From: Bacteroidetes/Chlorobi group bacterium MS-B_bin-24 | GTDB lineage: Bacteria > Bacteroidota > Ignavibacteria > Kapaibacteriales > UBA2268 | Reading direction: 5' to 3' | DNA: 64,000 nucleotides | Assembly (NCBI GenBank): GCA_003731685.1 | Contig: RCNO01000006.1 | Location: 11,753-75,752, forward strand | Shown here: piece after piece, positions 1 through 9,905 of the stretch | Numbering within the stretch: position 1 is the first letter of the stretch | Layout: every line of letters starts with the position of its first letter | Notes under the pieces: model-generated | Database searches by the model: none | Seen by the model: the letters and a program-made list of their open reading frames with translations, nothing else | Told to the model about the DNA's origin: nothing | Program-made: the position numbers and the translations under genes

Positions 1-1
1 T

Positions 2-1345
2 GTTGAAGTTACATCTGAAACTGTAACTGAACAGGTAGCCACGGCTGAATCGACCCCAACTGCTGAGCAAACCACAACCCCAGCTGCGACTGAACAAGAA
101 ACAACGCAAACCACAAGCGAACAGGAACGCGAGATTCGACGAGGCAAAAGAGCTCGATTAATGCAAGCCTTTGCCGAAGTCAAGCAAGCTTTCCAAGAAA
201 ACAAGCCAATCGAAGTCAATGTTTACAGCCGGGTGCGTGGCGGTTTGCGAGTTTTCTACAAGGAAGCACCTTTGTTTTTGCCCGCTTCCCATTTCCATCT
301 TAAAAAATCTCCAACCGACGAGGAACTGCTCGAAGTTGTTGGGAAAAACATAACAGTGAAAGTCCATGAAATTCAAGAGTACGACGAAGGAAGTATGGCT
401 GTTATCGTCAGCCGAAAGAAATTACTCGAGGACGAACTTTGGGATAGTTTCAAAGTTGGTCAAGTTGTTGAAGGGACAGTGAGTTCCATCGCCACTTTTG
501 GCGTTTTTATAGATTTAGGTGGAGTCGAAGGTTTAATCCACGTCTCCCGCCTTGCACCATATCGAATTGATAATCTAAAAGAACATTTCAAAATTGGAGA
601 TACTTTAAAAGCTGTGATTGTCGAAGTCGACAAGGCAAATAAGCGAATTGCATTAAGTCGAAAAGAGTTAGTCGACACAAAGAAATGGCCTGCGACCGAA
701 GAGAAATATGGAGTTGGAACTCGCCATACTGGCCTAGTTCGTCGAATGACCGACTTCGGAGCATTTGTTGAACTTGAACCTTTGGTCGAAGGGCTTCTAC
801 GAACGCCGGAGATTTCGTGGACTCGCCGGTTGCGCCGCCCAAGCGAAATGCTTAAAGTCGGAGACAAAGTCGAAGTCGTTGTTATCGACTTCAATGCCGA
901 AAAGAAGACTATTTCATTAAGTATGAAGAGAACGCAAGAAAATCCTTGGCCTAAATTACACGAAAAGTATCCGATAAATTCAGTTTACGAGGGCAAAGTT
1001 CTGCAAGTTGTTCCCCAAGGTTGCGTAGTTTCGATTTCGCCTGAATTGGATGGATTCTTGCCTCGAAGCAAGATGAAAAAGATATTGCGGGGGAACAAGA
1101 TACCATTGAAGCAAGGCGATAGATTGAAGGTATACATTGCCGATATTGTGCCCGAAGAGGAGTCGTTAATCCTTGGCTTAGCCGAGGAGGAAGAAGACAC
1201 TGCACCGCGTTCGGCGCCACAGAACCCGAAACGAAATCCAAACCCCAAGAACTACGAGACGAAACCATTGAGCAGTGGAATGTCGATTATGGATATGCTC
1301 TCCGACGAGGAACGCGAAAAACTAATGGGAAGTTTGAAGAAATAG
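2..1345 (+). CDS. S1 RNA-binding domain protein with four tandem S1/OB repeats (ribosomal protein S1-like); 5' end probably upstream of the window
   Basis: ORF track 161..1345. The same frame has no stop back to nt 2 and encodes a T/E/Q-rich linker (VTEQVATAESTPTAEQTTTPAATEQETTQTT). S1 signatures include GQVVEGTVSSIATFGVFIDLGGVEGLIHVS, HTGLVRRMTDFGAFVELEPLVEGLL and YEGKVLQVVPQGCVVSISPELDGFLP. Confidence 0.8.
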   Translation, partial: VEVTSETVTEQVATAESTPTAEQTTTPAATEQETTQTTSEQEREIRRGKRARLMQAFAEVKQAFQENKPIEVNVYSRVRGGLRVFYKEAPLFLPASHFHLKKSPTDEELLEVVGKNITVKVHEIQEYDEGSMAVIVSRKKLLEDELWDSFKVGQVVEGTVSSIATFGVFIDLGGVEGLIHVSRLAPYRIDNLKEHFKIGDTLKAVIVEVDKANKRIALSRKELVDTKKWPATEEKYGVGTRHTGLVRRMTDFGAFVELEPLVEGLLRTPEISWTRRLRRPSEMLKVGDKVEVVVIDFNAEKKTISLSMKRTQENPWPKLHEKYPINSVYEGKVLQVVPQGCVVSISPELDGFLPRSKMKKILRGNKIPLKQGDRLKVYIADIVPEEESLILGLAEEEEDTAPRSAPQNPKRNPNPKNYETKPLSSGMSIMDMLSDEEREKLMGSLKK

Positions 1346-1373
1346 ACTTTAATAAAATTTACAAAAGAGTTAT

Positions 1374-2093
1374 TTATTTAAAAGAACCTATTTTAGACTG
1401 GAACTTAGTGAATATTCTTTGAAAGAAGTTCTTCTCTTTCATATTTTTAATAAATAATTCTGGATGGACCAGATTGAGTGGACTATTTTTCTTCTGTTCG
1501 AATTTTACCTTCAGAAATTCATTATTTTTAATTAAATCTTCTTTGATGTAAAAAATTGCATTTTGTTTATACCAATATGAAACTTTGGGGTTGTCCCAAA
1601 TCGATTCTCTTAGAATATCGAGGGGTAAGTAATCAAAATCTTTAAATATTTTTGCCCAATATTCAGGCCATTGCTCATTAAAATGATTAACCCCACCTTG
1701 GAATGGAATTGCTGCGGAAAAAAGAATAATTTCGCTATGTTTAACAAGCGAATTAACGAAATCCTTTGCAGATTCAGGTCGAAGGTGTTCAGCTACTTCA
1801 AGAGAAATAACAAGATCAAATTTTCGGGATAGATCGAATGGCTTATTTAAATCAATTGCTCTAAAATTGTTTTCAGGGATTCTCAACATTGATTTTGGAA
1901 CCCATTCACCGTCAATACCAATTATGTCGTTAACCCCAAATTGAGAAAAAACGTAAAGAAATTCCCCTGTTCCACAACCAACATCCAGAACACTTTTAGG
2001 TGCAAAATGTTCAATGATAAATGGAACTATTTCTTTTGCAGAAATTAATGAATCTGTCCTCGATTTATAAAACTCAGCAGAATACTTTTTCAT
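1374..2093 (-). CDS. Class I SAM-dependent methyltransferase
   Basis: SAM-binding motif I VLDVGCGTGEF, followed by DLVISLEVAEHL. Start set at the internal MKKYSAEFYK rather than the ORF-track start at 2123. Confidence 0.8.
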   Translation of the reverse strand: MKKYSAEFYKSRTDSLISAKEIVPFIIEHFAPKSVLDVGCGTGEFLYVFSQFGVNDIIGIDGEWVPKSMLRIPENNFRAIDLNKPFDLSRKFDLVISLEVAEHLRPESAKDFVNSLVKHSEIILFSAAIPFQGGVNHFNEQWPEYWAKIFKDFDYLPLDILRESIWDNPKVSYWYKQNAIFYIKEDLIKNNEFLKVKFEQKKNSPLNLVHPELFIKNMKEKNFFQRIFTKFQSKIGSFK

Positions 2094-2142
2094 ATTTATT
2101 TCCAAAATGAAAATAAAATACAAAATTAATTATAAAAGTAAT

Positions 2143-3924
2143 CTAATTTGATATCACAATATTATTTTCAGATTTCAAAAGGTAATATAATTCTTCTCGA
2201 TTATCATATCTAATTAAAATAAAATAAAAACCACAACCTAACTTATCAAAGTCTAAATTCAGGTTTGTCCCATCGAATGTGTAATTTAAGTCATCTAAGC
2301 TAATGGTATTTCCTAATATATCATAAATTTTTACTCCCGAAAAGGATTCCCTAATACCTTCAATTATTACTTTTGAATTGTTGCTTTTTATGTTGTTTTT
2401 CAAAAATTTATAGGATTTTTCTTCAACATCACTTACAAAATTCATACTAAATGTGCAGAATTTCCAAGCCAAGAGTTCGTGTCGTTCGTATGCATTCCCT
2501 GTTGCCGATGTTATTCCAATGTACCCCCATCCCTCCCCGTCCAATCCTAACATATTCACTATGTCTACATCCTTTACATCTATCACTGGCTCACCATATC
2601 TTTCGCTTGTGTCTATCCATACCTTTAATTCATTCTCACTATATTGTATTTTGACAAAATATATTGTCCCATCTACCCGCAATGGCATTATTCCTTTGTT
2701 CTCTGCTATTAAGTATGGTGAACGATGCTCCGATTTTATCTCCCCTAATCCACCGCTCAACACTGCTATGTGATTATCGTTCGGGTCGTTGTAATTTTCT
2801 ATCTGCAAACTGTCGTTTGCGTATGTGTCGATTTCAATTGCTAAACATCGTGGAAATCCGGAATATCCTATTCCTCCTCCTGTTAATCCAACTGTTTTGT
2901 TCGAATAGTTTTGAATAACAAAAGCAATTCCATCGGCTCCTTGATAATGTTCTTCCTTGTGCATAGTGTTTATTCCATCTCGCATCCTGAATTTGAATTC
3001 AGTTTCGAATCCATTGCCCAGAGGTACTTTTGTGCTTGTCCAAACTGCACCAGCTTGATTACTCAACGAAGGTGTGAGCACGATTGTATTTCCATCAAAT
3101 CTTGCAGAACCTATGAGATTCAGATTAGGGGAGGAATGGAAGTCGGCGTATTCGAATGACATTGGACCGCAGTTGGAACATTCGGCACGAATTTCTTCTT
3201 CGGTCAATGCTTTTTTCCAGATTTTAACTTCATCGATTGCACCAGTGAATCGGGCTGAGTTCCGCTCCTCGCCACCAAAATTCCACCAAGAACGAGCTAA
3301 TGCAAAATAAGAAAGCTCATAATTAACTTTCATCATCATAGAATCAATAAGAATTCCATTAACATATGCATAAAGCCAATTTTTTCGGTAAACCATCCCC
3401 AAACATACCCATACATTTTTATATTTTTCATCAAAAGGCATTTCAATTGTATTGCTAAAATTTAAGCCTGCAACAGTAAATTGATAATATAAATTAAAAT
3501 CGTTTCTTATTTCAAAAACGTGATTTTGAATACATAGGTAACCCTTTTGATAGTGTCCAAACCACAAATAAGCATCACCATAGTAGTTTGAAAATCCTTC
3601 GTGCTTGACCCACATCGTGATGGAAAACTCGTCTAACTGATGGAGGTCAATCGGCGGAAGCAAAACGTGTGAACCAATTTTCCGTTCATCGCCTCCGTTG
3701 GTGGGAATATAATATCCTTTGCCTTGGAAATGAATTGCTTTTCCCGAAACTCCCTGAACGAATGTCGGATTGTTGACCATTATGCCATCGTATCCATTGC
3801 CACTGACATCTCTGGTGTTCCCTTCGTCGAAACTCCAATAGGCAAGCAAACTTGGGTCGTAACAAAACGATAAGTAATTCAAGAAAAGAAGGAAGGAAAA
3901 GAAAACGGCGATGTATCTAAACAT
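2143..3924 (-). CDS. Secreted LamG-domain plus legume-lectin-like domain protein with T9SS-type C-terminal sorting domain
   Basis: N-terminal signal peptide MFRYIAVFFSFLLFLNYLSF. LamG-like WSFDEGNTRDVSGNGYDGIMVNNPTFVQGVSGKAIHFQG. Legume-lectin pattern GADGIAFVIQN...GGGIGYSG...LAIEIDTYAN...DPNDNHIAV. C-terminal KIYDILGN...GFYFILIRYDN resembles a T9SS CTD. Confidence 0.7.
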   Translation of the reverse strand: MFRYIAVFFSFLLFLNYLSFCYDPSLLAYWSFDEGNTRDVSGNGYDGIMVNNPTFVQGVSGKAIHFQGKGYYIPTNGGDERKIGSHVLLPPIDLHQLDEFSITMWVKHEGFSNYYGDAYLWFGHYQKGYLCIQNHVFEIRNDFNLYYQFTVAGLNFSNTIEMPFDEKYKNVWVCLGMVYRKNWLYAYVNGILIDSMMMKVNYELSYFALARSWWNFGGEERNSARFTGAIDEVKIWKKALTEEEIRAECSNCGPMSFEYADFHSSPNLNLIGSARFDGNTIVLTPSLSNQAGAVWTSTKVPLGNGFETEFKFRMRDGINTMHKEEHYQGADGIAFVIQNYSNKTVGLTGGGIGYSGFPRCLAIEIDTYANDSLQIENYNDPNDNHIAVLSGGLGEIKSEHRSPYLIAENKGIMPLRVDGTIYFVKIQYSENELKVWIDTSERYGEPVIDVKDVDIVNMLGLDGEGWGYIGITSATGNAYERHELLAWKFCTFSMNFVSDVEEKSYKFLKNNIKSNNSKVIIEGIRESFSGVKIYDILGNTISLDDLNYTFDGTNLNLDFDKLGCGFYFILIRYDNREELYYLLKSENNIVISN

Positions 3925-3988
3925 ATCTCACCACAAAATTCAATAAAATAAACGCTATAAATTTGAAAAAATTTTATTAATTTTGTGT

Positions 3989-4062
3989 GCTCCTTTAGCT
4001 CAGTTGGCCAGAGCAGCTGACTCTTAATCAGCGGGTCGGGGGTTCGAGTCCCCCAAGGAGCA
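3989..4062 (+). tRNA. tRNA-Lys (anticodon CTT)
   Basis: Hand-folded cloverleaf: acceptor gctcctt/aaggagc, D arm gctc-agttggcca-gagc, anticodon stem gctga/tcagc with loop ctCTTaa, T arm ggggg-ttcgagt-ccccc, discriminator a. Confidence 0.9.
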
Positions 4063-4218
4063 CAACCAAATCCCTGTAATTCCCAGATAAATCAAAGAGT
4101 TATCATAAATCTAATTTTTGTATACATACAAATTTGAACGAAAGTTCATTCAAATTGAAAACATTAATGATTTGAAGTAAATAATTTTGATTGGTATGAG
4201 AGGCTCAGAAGAAAAAGA

Positions 4219-4265
4219 AAGCCCATAATTGCCAGTGCGTAAATCGAAAAAACAATTATGGGCTT
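4219..4265. terminator. Putative bidirectional terminator hairpin between tRNA-Lys and clpC
   Basis: Perfect 13-bp inverted repeat aagcccataattg / caattatgggctt with a 21-nt loop. It is flanked by gttttt on the plus strand and a T-rich run (tctttttcttc) on the minus strand, 10 nt after the clpC stop. Confidence 0.5.
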
Positions 4266-4274
4266 GTTTTTGTA

Positions 4275-6854
4275 TTAGTTTAAGTCTTTAACGTCGTTTT
4301 GAATTTTGTTTTCGACTGCTTTGTCTTCGACGAAAAGATTCTCGAAGTCGAAATTATCGATTTTGCTGTCGGAGGCAATTGGCGGAAGTTCAACGAAAGT
4401 GAACTTTAACTTTTTGCCCGATTCGTCGAGGTCGGCAACAATTTTTGTGTTCACCTTAACGTTGCCAGATAAAAGGACCTCGGCAAGTTCATCTTCAACA
4501 TATTGCATCAAAGCTCGCTTCAAGGGGCGTACACCAAACTTTTCGTCGAAACCTTTTTCCACTAAGAAATCCTTTGCAGCTTGAGTGAGTTCGAGCGAAA
4601 GATTTCGGTCTTTAAGCCGGCGACGCAAGTCTTCCAATTGTATATCGATAATCTGGTAAATGTATTCTTTCGTAAGCTTCCGGAAGATGATGAAATCATC
4701 AATCCTGTTGATAAATTCGGGGTTAAATAGCCTTTTAACAGCATCTTCAATCGAGGACTTAATAGCTTGGTATTCGTCTTCATTCGTTGGTTCAACAAAT
4801 CCAAGTTTGCTACCGATTTTGAGCTCTTTCGTTCCAACATTGGAAGTCATAATAATGATTGTGTTCTTGAAATCAACGCGCCTGCCAAGTCCATCGGTTA
4901 AAATACCATCGTCGAAAACTTGAAGCAAAATGTTGAAGACCTCGGGATGTGCCTTTTCAATCTCATCCAGCAAAATAATACTGTATGGGCGACGCCTTAC
5001 TTTTTCCGTGAGTTGTCCGCCTTCTTCGTATCCCACATAACCCGGAGGAGCACCAACGAGGCGCGATACCGAGAATTTTTCCATATACTCGCTCATATCG
5101 ATACGAATCAAAGCATCTTCGCTATTGAAAAGTGCTCGGGCAAGTGCTTTGGCAAGCTCGGTTTTGCCAACTCCTGTTGGTCCAAGAAACATAAACGAGC
5201 CAATTGGTCTGCGCGGGTCTTTAAGTCCAGCTCGGGCTCGCCGAATTGCCTTTGTTAGATGCTCAATTGCCTCGTCCTGTCCAACCACCATTTTCTTTAA
5301 CTCTTCGGGCAGTCTCATTAGTTTCTCGGTCTCGCTTTCGGCAATCTTGTTCACAGGAATTCCGGTCATCATAGCAACAACATCGGCAACATCATCTTCG
5401 GTTACAGGATAATAAGTCTCGCTTGCTTTAATTTCCCATTCGATTTTGGCTTTCTCCAAGTCGGCTTGGAGTTTCTTTTCCAAATCGCGTAACCGGGCTG
5501 CTTCTTCGAAATTCTGGCTTTTTACGACAAGATTCTTTTGCCGGCGAACGTCTTCGATTTTTTCTTCCAGCTCAAGAATATTTTTAGGGACGCTGATGTT
5601 GGCTAAATGAACGCGGGCACCTGCTTCGTCCAGAACATCGATTGCTTTGTCGGGGAAATACCTATCGGTGATGTATCTATCGGAAAGGCGTACACAGGCA
5701 TCGATCGCCTCGGGGGTATACTTAACGTTGTGATGCTCTTCGTAACGGTCTTTAATCTTTTCGAGGATTTCCTTTGTCTCTTCGGGCGTAGGCGGGTCAA
5801 TCAAAACCTTTTGGAAACGGCGCTCGAGAGCTCCGTCTTTTTCAATGTATTGACGATACTCGTCCAATGTTGTAGCTCCAATGCATTGAATTTCGCCACG
5901 CGAGAGGGCAGGCTTAAAAATATTCGAGGCATCGAGCGAACCCGAGGCGCCACCAGCCCCAACTATCGTATGCAATTCATCTATGAACAAAATTACATCT
6001 TTGGCTCGCTCAAGTTCATTTAACACTGCTTTCATTCTCTCTTCGAATTGCCCACGATATTTGGTTCCAGCCACAAGCGAAGCAAGGTCTAAGCTCACTA
6101 TGCGTTTATCCAAAAGAGTGCGAGGCACTTTTCTTTGCACGATTCTTAGAGCCAGACCTTCGACAATTGCAGTTTTGCCAACCCCTGGCTCACCAATCAG
6201 CACAGGGTTGTTCTTTTTCCGTCGGGCGAGGATTTGCGAAACGCGTTCGATTTCCTTTTCTCGACCGATAACGGGGTCGAGTTTATCTTCCATTGCCAGT
6301 TTTGTTAAGTCACGACCAAAGTTGTCCAAAACTGGCGTTTTTACTTTTTCTTTCATTGTTGACCTCGGCATTTGTGTTGAAGGAGTAAAAGGTTTACTTG
6401 CTGAATGCTCCCAAGAACGCCCGCTTATGATGTTATCTAACTCGTTTTTGACCTTGTCGTAATTTATATCGAATTCCTTCAAAATGTCCTTGGCAATGTT
6501 GTTTTCGTCTCGGAGCATAGCAAGGAGTAGATGCTCAGTTCCGACGATGTCGGATTTGTAAATTTTTGCTTCCAAAGGAGTAAGTCGCAGAACTTTTTCG
6601 GCTTGCTTGCTCAATGCAATTTGCCCAGTCATTGCACCAATATAGCTTCGTTCCAATTGGGATTCAATTCGATGGCGCAATTTTTCCAAATCGATTCCGA
6701 GATTCTTCAAAATTTTTACAGCAATACCTTCTCCTTCTCGGATTATACCTAAAAGGATATGCTCAGTGCCGATATAATCGTTTCCAAACCGGATGGCTTC
6801 TTCGCGGCTATACCGAAGCACATCATGAACTCTATTCGAGAATTGTCCTTCCAT
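4275..6854 (-). CDS. clpC: ATP-dependent Clp protease ATP-binding subunit ClpC (class I AAA+ unfoldase)
   Basis: Two N-terminal Clp repeats. Two Walker A motifs (GEPGVGKTA, GPTGVGKTE). UVR-like linker QNFEEAARLRDLEKKL, typical of ClpC rather than the long ClpB coiled coil. Confidence 0.9.
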   Translation of the reverse strand: MEGQFSNRVHDVLRYSREEAIRFGNDYIGTEHILLGIIREGEGIAVKILKNLGIDLEKLRHRIESQLERSYIGAMTGQIALSKQAEKVLRLTPLEAKIYKSDIVGTEHLLLAMLRDENNIAKDILKEFDINYDKVKNELDNIISGRSWEHSASKPFTPSTQMPRSTMKEKVKTPVLDNFGRDLTKLAMEDKLDPVIGREKEIERVSQILARRKKNNPVLIGEPGVGKTAIVEGLALRIVQRKVPRTLLDKRIVSLDLASLVAGTKYRGQFEERMKAVLNELERAKDVILFIDELHTIVGAGGASGSLDASNIFKPALSRGEIQCIGATTLDEYRQYIEKDGALERRFQKVLIDPPTPEETKEILEKIKDRYEEHHNVKYTPEAIDACVRLSDRYITDRYFPDKAIDVLDEAGARVHLANISVPKNILELEEKIEDVRRQKNLVVKSQNFEEAARLRDLEKKLQADLEKAKIEWEIKASETYYPVTEDDVADVVAMMTGIPVNKIAESETEKLMRLPEELKKMVVGQDEAIEHLTKAIRRARAGLKDPRRPIGSFMFLGPTGVGKTELAKALARALFNSEDALIRIDMSEYMEKFSVSRLVGAPPGYVGYEEGGQLTEKVRRRPYSIILLDEIEKAHPEVFNILLQVFDDGILTDGLGRRVDFKNTIIIMTSNVGTKELKIGSKLGFVEPTNEDEYQAIKSSIEDAVKRLFNPEFINRIDDFIIFRKLTKEYIYQIIDIQLEDLRRRLKDRNLSLELTQAAKDFLVEKGFDEKFGVRPLKRALMQYVEDELAEVLLSGNVKVNTKIVADLDESGKKLKFTFVELPPIASDSKIDNFDFENLFVEDKAVENKIQNDVKDLN

Positions 6855-6905
6855 TACTTTCCTAAATCTTATTCAATTGGAACGACGAAATTATCTCCGT
6901 TTTAT

Positions 6906-7709
6906 TTACTTACTCTCGAAACCAATCAGATATTGTTTGATTGAGCGTGCAAGCACAAGGATACCTTCGAGAACAAGATTTTTGCGAAAATACTTCTTTT
7001 CGTATTCCCATTGCTCGAACTTTGGGCGAATATATTCAAATCCGCCACCAGTGAAAATCACAGGGATATTTCGCCCTGCAGAAAACTCTCTTTTTATCGT
7101 ATCGATGATGTAAGCCACTCCGCCCCAGACCGAATTGATTATTCCGCTCGAAATTGCCATTTCGGTGTTGATTTCAATTACTTTTTCCGATGGCTCCTTT
7201 TTCAACTGCACATTTTTAAGGAAAAAAGTATTTTCTTGAAGCGACTTCAATTGAAGTTCGATGCCGGGGAAAATCACTCCCCCCAAAAAATTCCGGTTCT
7301 CATCAATGCAATTAATCGTAACGGCAGTGCCAAAATCAACCGTCAAAACAGGTGCCCCAAATTCCTCTGCTGCAGAAATCAACCCGAGTATGCGGTCGGT
7401 TCCAACCCAAAAATAATTGTTGATGTTTACTTTCCTTTGCTTACTGATTAGGTCTTTGATATTGTAAATATACACATCGGGCTGGGAAACCAAGAAGTTG
7501 ATTACCTCGTTCGAATTCCGTTCGTTTACGCTTGAATAAAGTATTCTAACGGGCTTTTGGACTTTTTGGTAAAAGTATTTTTTGAAATTTTCCAGATAGT
7601 TTTTATTATACCTTATTGCTTTAAAATCTTTACCGCAAAGAATTTTCATTCGGCTGTTGCCGAAATCAATCGCCAGAGTTTGTTCCAAAAAACTTTTACT
7701 CGAGTTCAT
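6906..7709 (-). CDS. coaX: Type III pantothenate kinase
   Basis: LAIDFGNSRMK phosphate-1 motif, VGTDR motif and TVDFGTAVT motif; about 265 aa. Start overlaps the birA stop by 14 nt. Confidence 0.85.
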   Translation of the reverse strand: MNSSKSFLEQTLAIDFGNSRMKILCGKDFKAIRYNKNYLENFKKYFYQKVQKPVRILYSSVNERNSNEVINFLVSQPDVYIYNIKDLISKQRKVNINNYFWVGTDRILGLISAAEEFGAPVLTVDFGTAVTINCIDENRNFLGGVIFPGIELQLKSLQENTFFLKNVQLKKEPSEKVIEINTEMAISSGIINSVWGGVAYIIDTIKREFSAGRNIPVIFTGGGFEYIRPKFEQWEYEKKYFRKNLVLEGILVLARSIKQYLIGFESK

Positions 7710-8433
7710 AGACTACAGAATCTCCATCGGTTACAAAAACTTCTTCGTTATCAAGTGTTTTCCCGAACAAACGCCCCAAAAAATCTATACCTTCGGCTGT
7801 AAATATTTGATTTGTTGTGATAACTCTTATTTGTTTGCCCGACAAATTCAATTCTATTTCCCAAAGATTCATAATCTCGTGGGGATAAAGTTCAAAAAGT
7901 TTTTGCACTTGTGCAATCAAATGTTCGCAAAGAATGTCGGGCTTTTCCTCTTTGCCAAGTAGTTTAAGAGATGTTGCTTTCTCTTTTATCTCATCGGGAA
8001 AAGTAGTTTGATTAATGTTTATTCCAATTCCAATTACACTCGATGTGCAAAACTCTCCTAAAAATTGATGTTCAATGAGAATTCCCGAAATCTTGCGAAA
8101 AAGACCATCGGGACACTTCGCATAAACATCGTTTGGATATTTCAACACGAAATGGAAATTCGGTGCAACCTCCCTTAACGAATAAATCGTTGCCAACGCT
8201 CCTAATCCTTGAAGATACGACACTTCCTCCACTCTTCGCAGATTCTGATATTTTATACCAAAGGAAGCATAGAGATTCAAGCCGTGACTTCCTTCCCACT
8301 TATTCTTGTTCCGCCCACGTCCTTGAGCTTGATAATCGGCAGTAACAAGGACAAAGTTGTGTTGCAAAAGCAATTCCTTTGCAAAATCGTTCGTCGAGGT
8401 AATTGTTCCGTAATGAAATCTAACAAGTTCCAT
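7696..8433 (-). CDS. birA: Biotin--[acetyl-CoA-carboxylase] ligase (no N-terminal HTH, group I)
   Basis: Signature QGRGRNKNKWEGSHG (GRGRxxxxW) and KYPNDVY (KWPNDx-type). Confidence 0.85.
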   Translation of the reverse strand: MELVRFHYGTITSTNDFAKELLLQHNFVLVTADYQAQGRGRNKNKWEGSHGLNLYASFGIKYQNLRRVEEVSYLQGLGALATIYSLREVAPNFHFVLKYPNDVYAKCPDGLFRKISGILIEHQFLGEFCTSSVIGIGININQTTFPDEIKEKATSLKLLGKEEKPDILCEHLIAQVQKLFELYPHEIMNLWEIELNLSGKQIRVITTNQIFTAEGIDFLGRLFGKTLDNEEVFVTDGDSVVYELE

Positions 8434-8435
8434 TT

Positions 8436-9068
8436 TTACTCTGCTTCGGCTGTTGCAGTTTGCAAATCAATCAACATTTTATCCACAATAGTTGACAATG
8501 CAATGGAAAAAGCCTGTGGAATAGTAGCAACCTCTCGGCTACTCCGTTCCACCTTTTGCGTATAAACTTTCGAAAGCACCACTTTGTTCTGATTAGTTAT
8601 AGGAACATATTTGAGTAAATTTACTTGAATAGCAACATTGACCCAGTTTTTGCTTTTGTCCTTGCTGTCGCTATATGCACGGAACTCAAAGACTTTGCCT
8701 TCTAAAATAAAGTTTGGGACAATGGTGGAACTCGAATTAGAAATTCCATACTTAAACGCCTTCGACAAGTTCAGCCTTGTGAAGATAAAATTATTTATCA
8801 ACTCGGGGTAATCGGTTGTAAATCGGTGGTAATTATATTTTTGGACAGAACCATCCTCGAACCAAACCATAATTTTGTTTTCGACCAATTCTTCGGGAAC
8901 GGAAAAATCCTTGAAGAGTATGAATGTTTTTAATTCAGCAATATTTTTAAACGAAAAGGGCTGTTGGTTTAAAGTATAATACTGGGTTGGAATAAACGGC
9001 GTTCGAATAGAAAAGCATCCCGTCAAAAGCAACGCAATAATCAATATTTGAATTTGCTTTCTTTTCAT
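8436..9068 (-). CDS. Lipoprotein, PqiC/YmbA-like ABC-transport auxiliary component family (tentative)
   Basis: Lipobox LLLTGC after MKRKQIQILIIA, then the YYTL motif typical of that family; about 210 aa. Start taken at the internal Met (9068). Confidence 0.55.
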   Translation of the reverse strand: MKRKQIQILIIALLLTGCFSIRTPFIPTQYYTLNQQPFSFKNIAELKTFILFKDFSVPEELVENKIMVWFEDGSVQKYNYHRFTTDYPELINNFIFTRLNLSKAFKYGISNSSSTIVPNFILEGKVFEFRAYSDSKDKSKNWVNVAIQVNLLKYVPITNQNKVVLSKVYTQKVERSSREVATIPQAFSIALSTIVDKMLIDLQTATAEAE

Positions 9069-9161
9069 TTTCTTTAAAATTAAATTTTGACCAACACAAA
9101 TATACTGAAATGTTCGTAAAATCAATTAATTTAGTTTTTTGTTAAATTTTGCATAGGGAAG

Positions 9162-9896
9162 TTGGTTTATTTTATTTCCGATTTACATCTTGGGTATTAC
9201 AACCGAGCGACCGAGAAAGAGCGACAGGAACTTCTTCTCGCTTTTTTGAATACACTTCCCGTTTCTGGAACCACCCTTGTAATCGTCGGCGATTTGTTCG
9301 ACTATTGGTTCGATTACAAATATGTAATTCCTAAAGACTTTTTAAGGGTCGTCGCCAAACTTATGGATTTAAAGGACAATGGGGTGGAAATTATTTACTT
9401 AATGGGCAATCACGATTTCGGGCATTATCGATTTTTCCCCAAAGAACTTGGCATCGAGGTTATTCCCGATGACTTTCGGGCAACTTTTTATGGGAAAAAA
9501 TTCTACATTTCGCATGGTGACGGAAAGATTGCCAACGACAAAGGTTATTTGATTCTTAAGAAATTCTTGAGAAATAGTTTTGTGCAATCACTTTTTCGGC
9601 TTATCCATCCCGATATTGGTATTCGCATTGCTTCGGGGTCATCGAAGAAAAGCCGAACTTACACAACCCGTCGCCAGATGAAAGATTTCGATTCCCTTTT
9701 CGATTTTGCAAAGAAGAAAATCGACGAAGGCTTCGACTTCGTTGTTATGGGACACACCCACAAAGCAGATTTTAAACAATACAATGGTGGAGTGTATGTA
9801 AATTTAGGCAGTTGGCTCGATACCCCACTTTGCGGAATTTTCGATGGCTCGAATTTTGAACTTGTTGAAGTAGAAAAAATTATTAAAAATAAATGA
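9162..9896 (+). CDS. lpxH: UDP-2,3-diacylglucosamine diphosphatase
   Basis: Calcineurin-like metallophosphoesterase motifs ISDLHLG, GDLFDYW, GNHD, HGD and GHTH in LpxH order. TTG start. Confidence 0.85.
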   Translation: MVYFISDLHLGYYNRATEKERQELLLAFLNTLPVSGTTLVIVGDLFDYWFDYKYVIPKDFLRVVAKLMDLKDNGVEIIYLMGNHDFGHYRFFPKELGIEVIPDDFRATFYGKKFYISHGDGKIANDKGYLILKKFLRNSFVQSLFRLIHPDIGIRIASGSSKKSRTYTTRRQMKDFDSLFDFAKKKIDEGFDFVVMGHTHKADFKQYNGGVYVNLGSWLDTPLCGIFDGSNFELVEVEKIIKNK

Positions 9897-9905
9897 AGAA
9901 GGGAA

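Noticed and set aside
161-1345. ATG at 161 as the true start of the S1-domain protein
   Set aside because: The frame is open with no stop back to nt 2 and encodes a plausible low-complexity linker. The first S1 repeat begins immediately after 161 with no obvious RBS. The gene more likely starts upstream of the window.
3989-4062. tRNA-Lys as the attachment site of an integrated element covering 1374..3924
   Set aside because: There is no integrase or recombinase gene. I found no direct repeat of the tRNA 3' end near 1345..1400. Only compositional bias remains, and that is reported separately as a low-interest finding.
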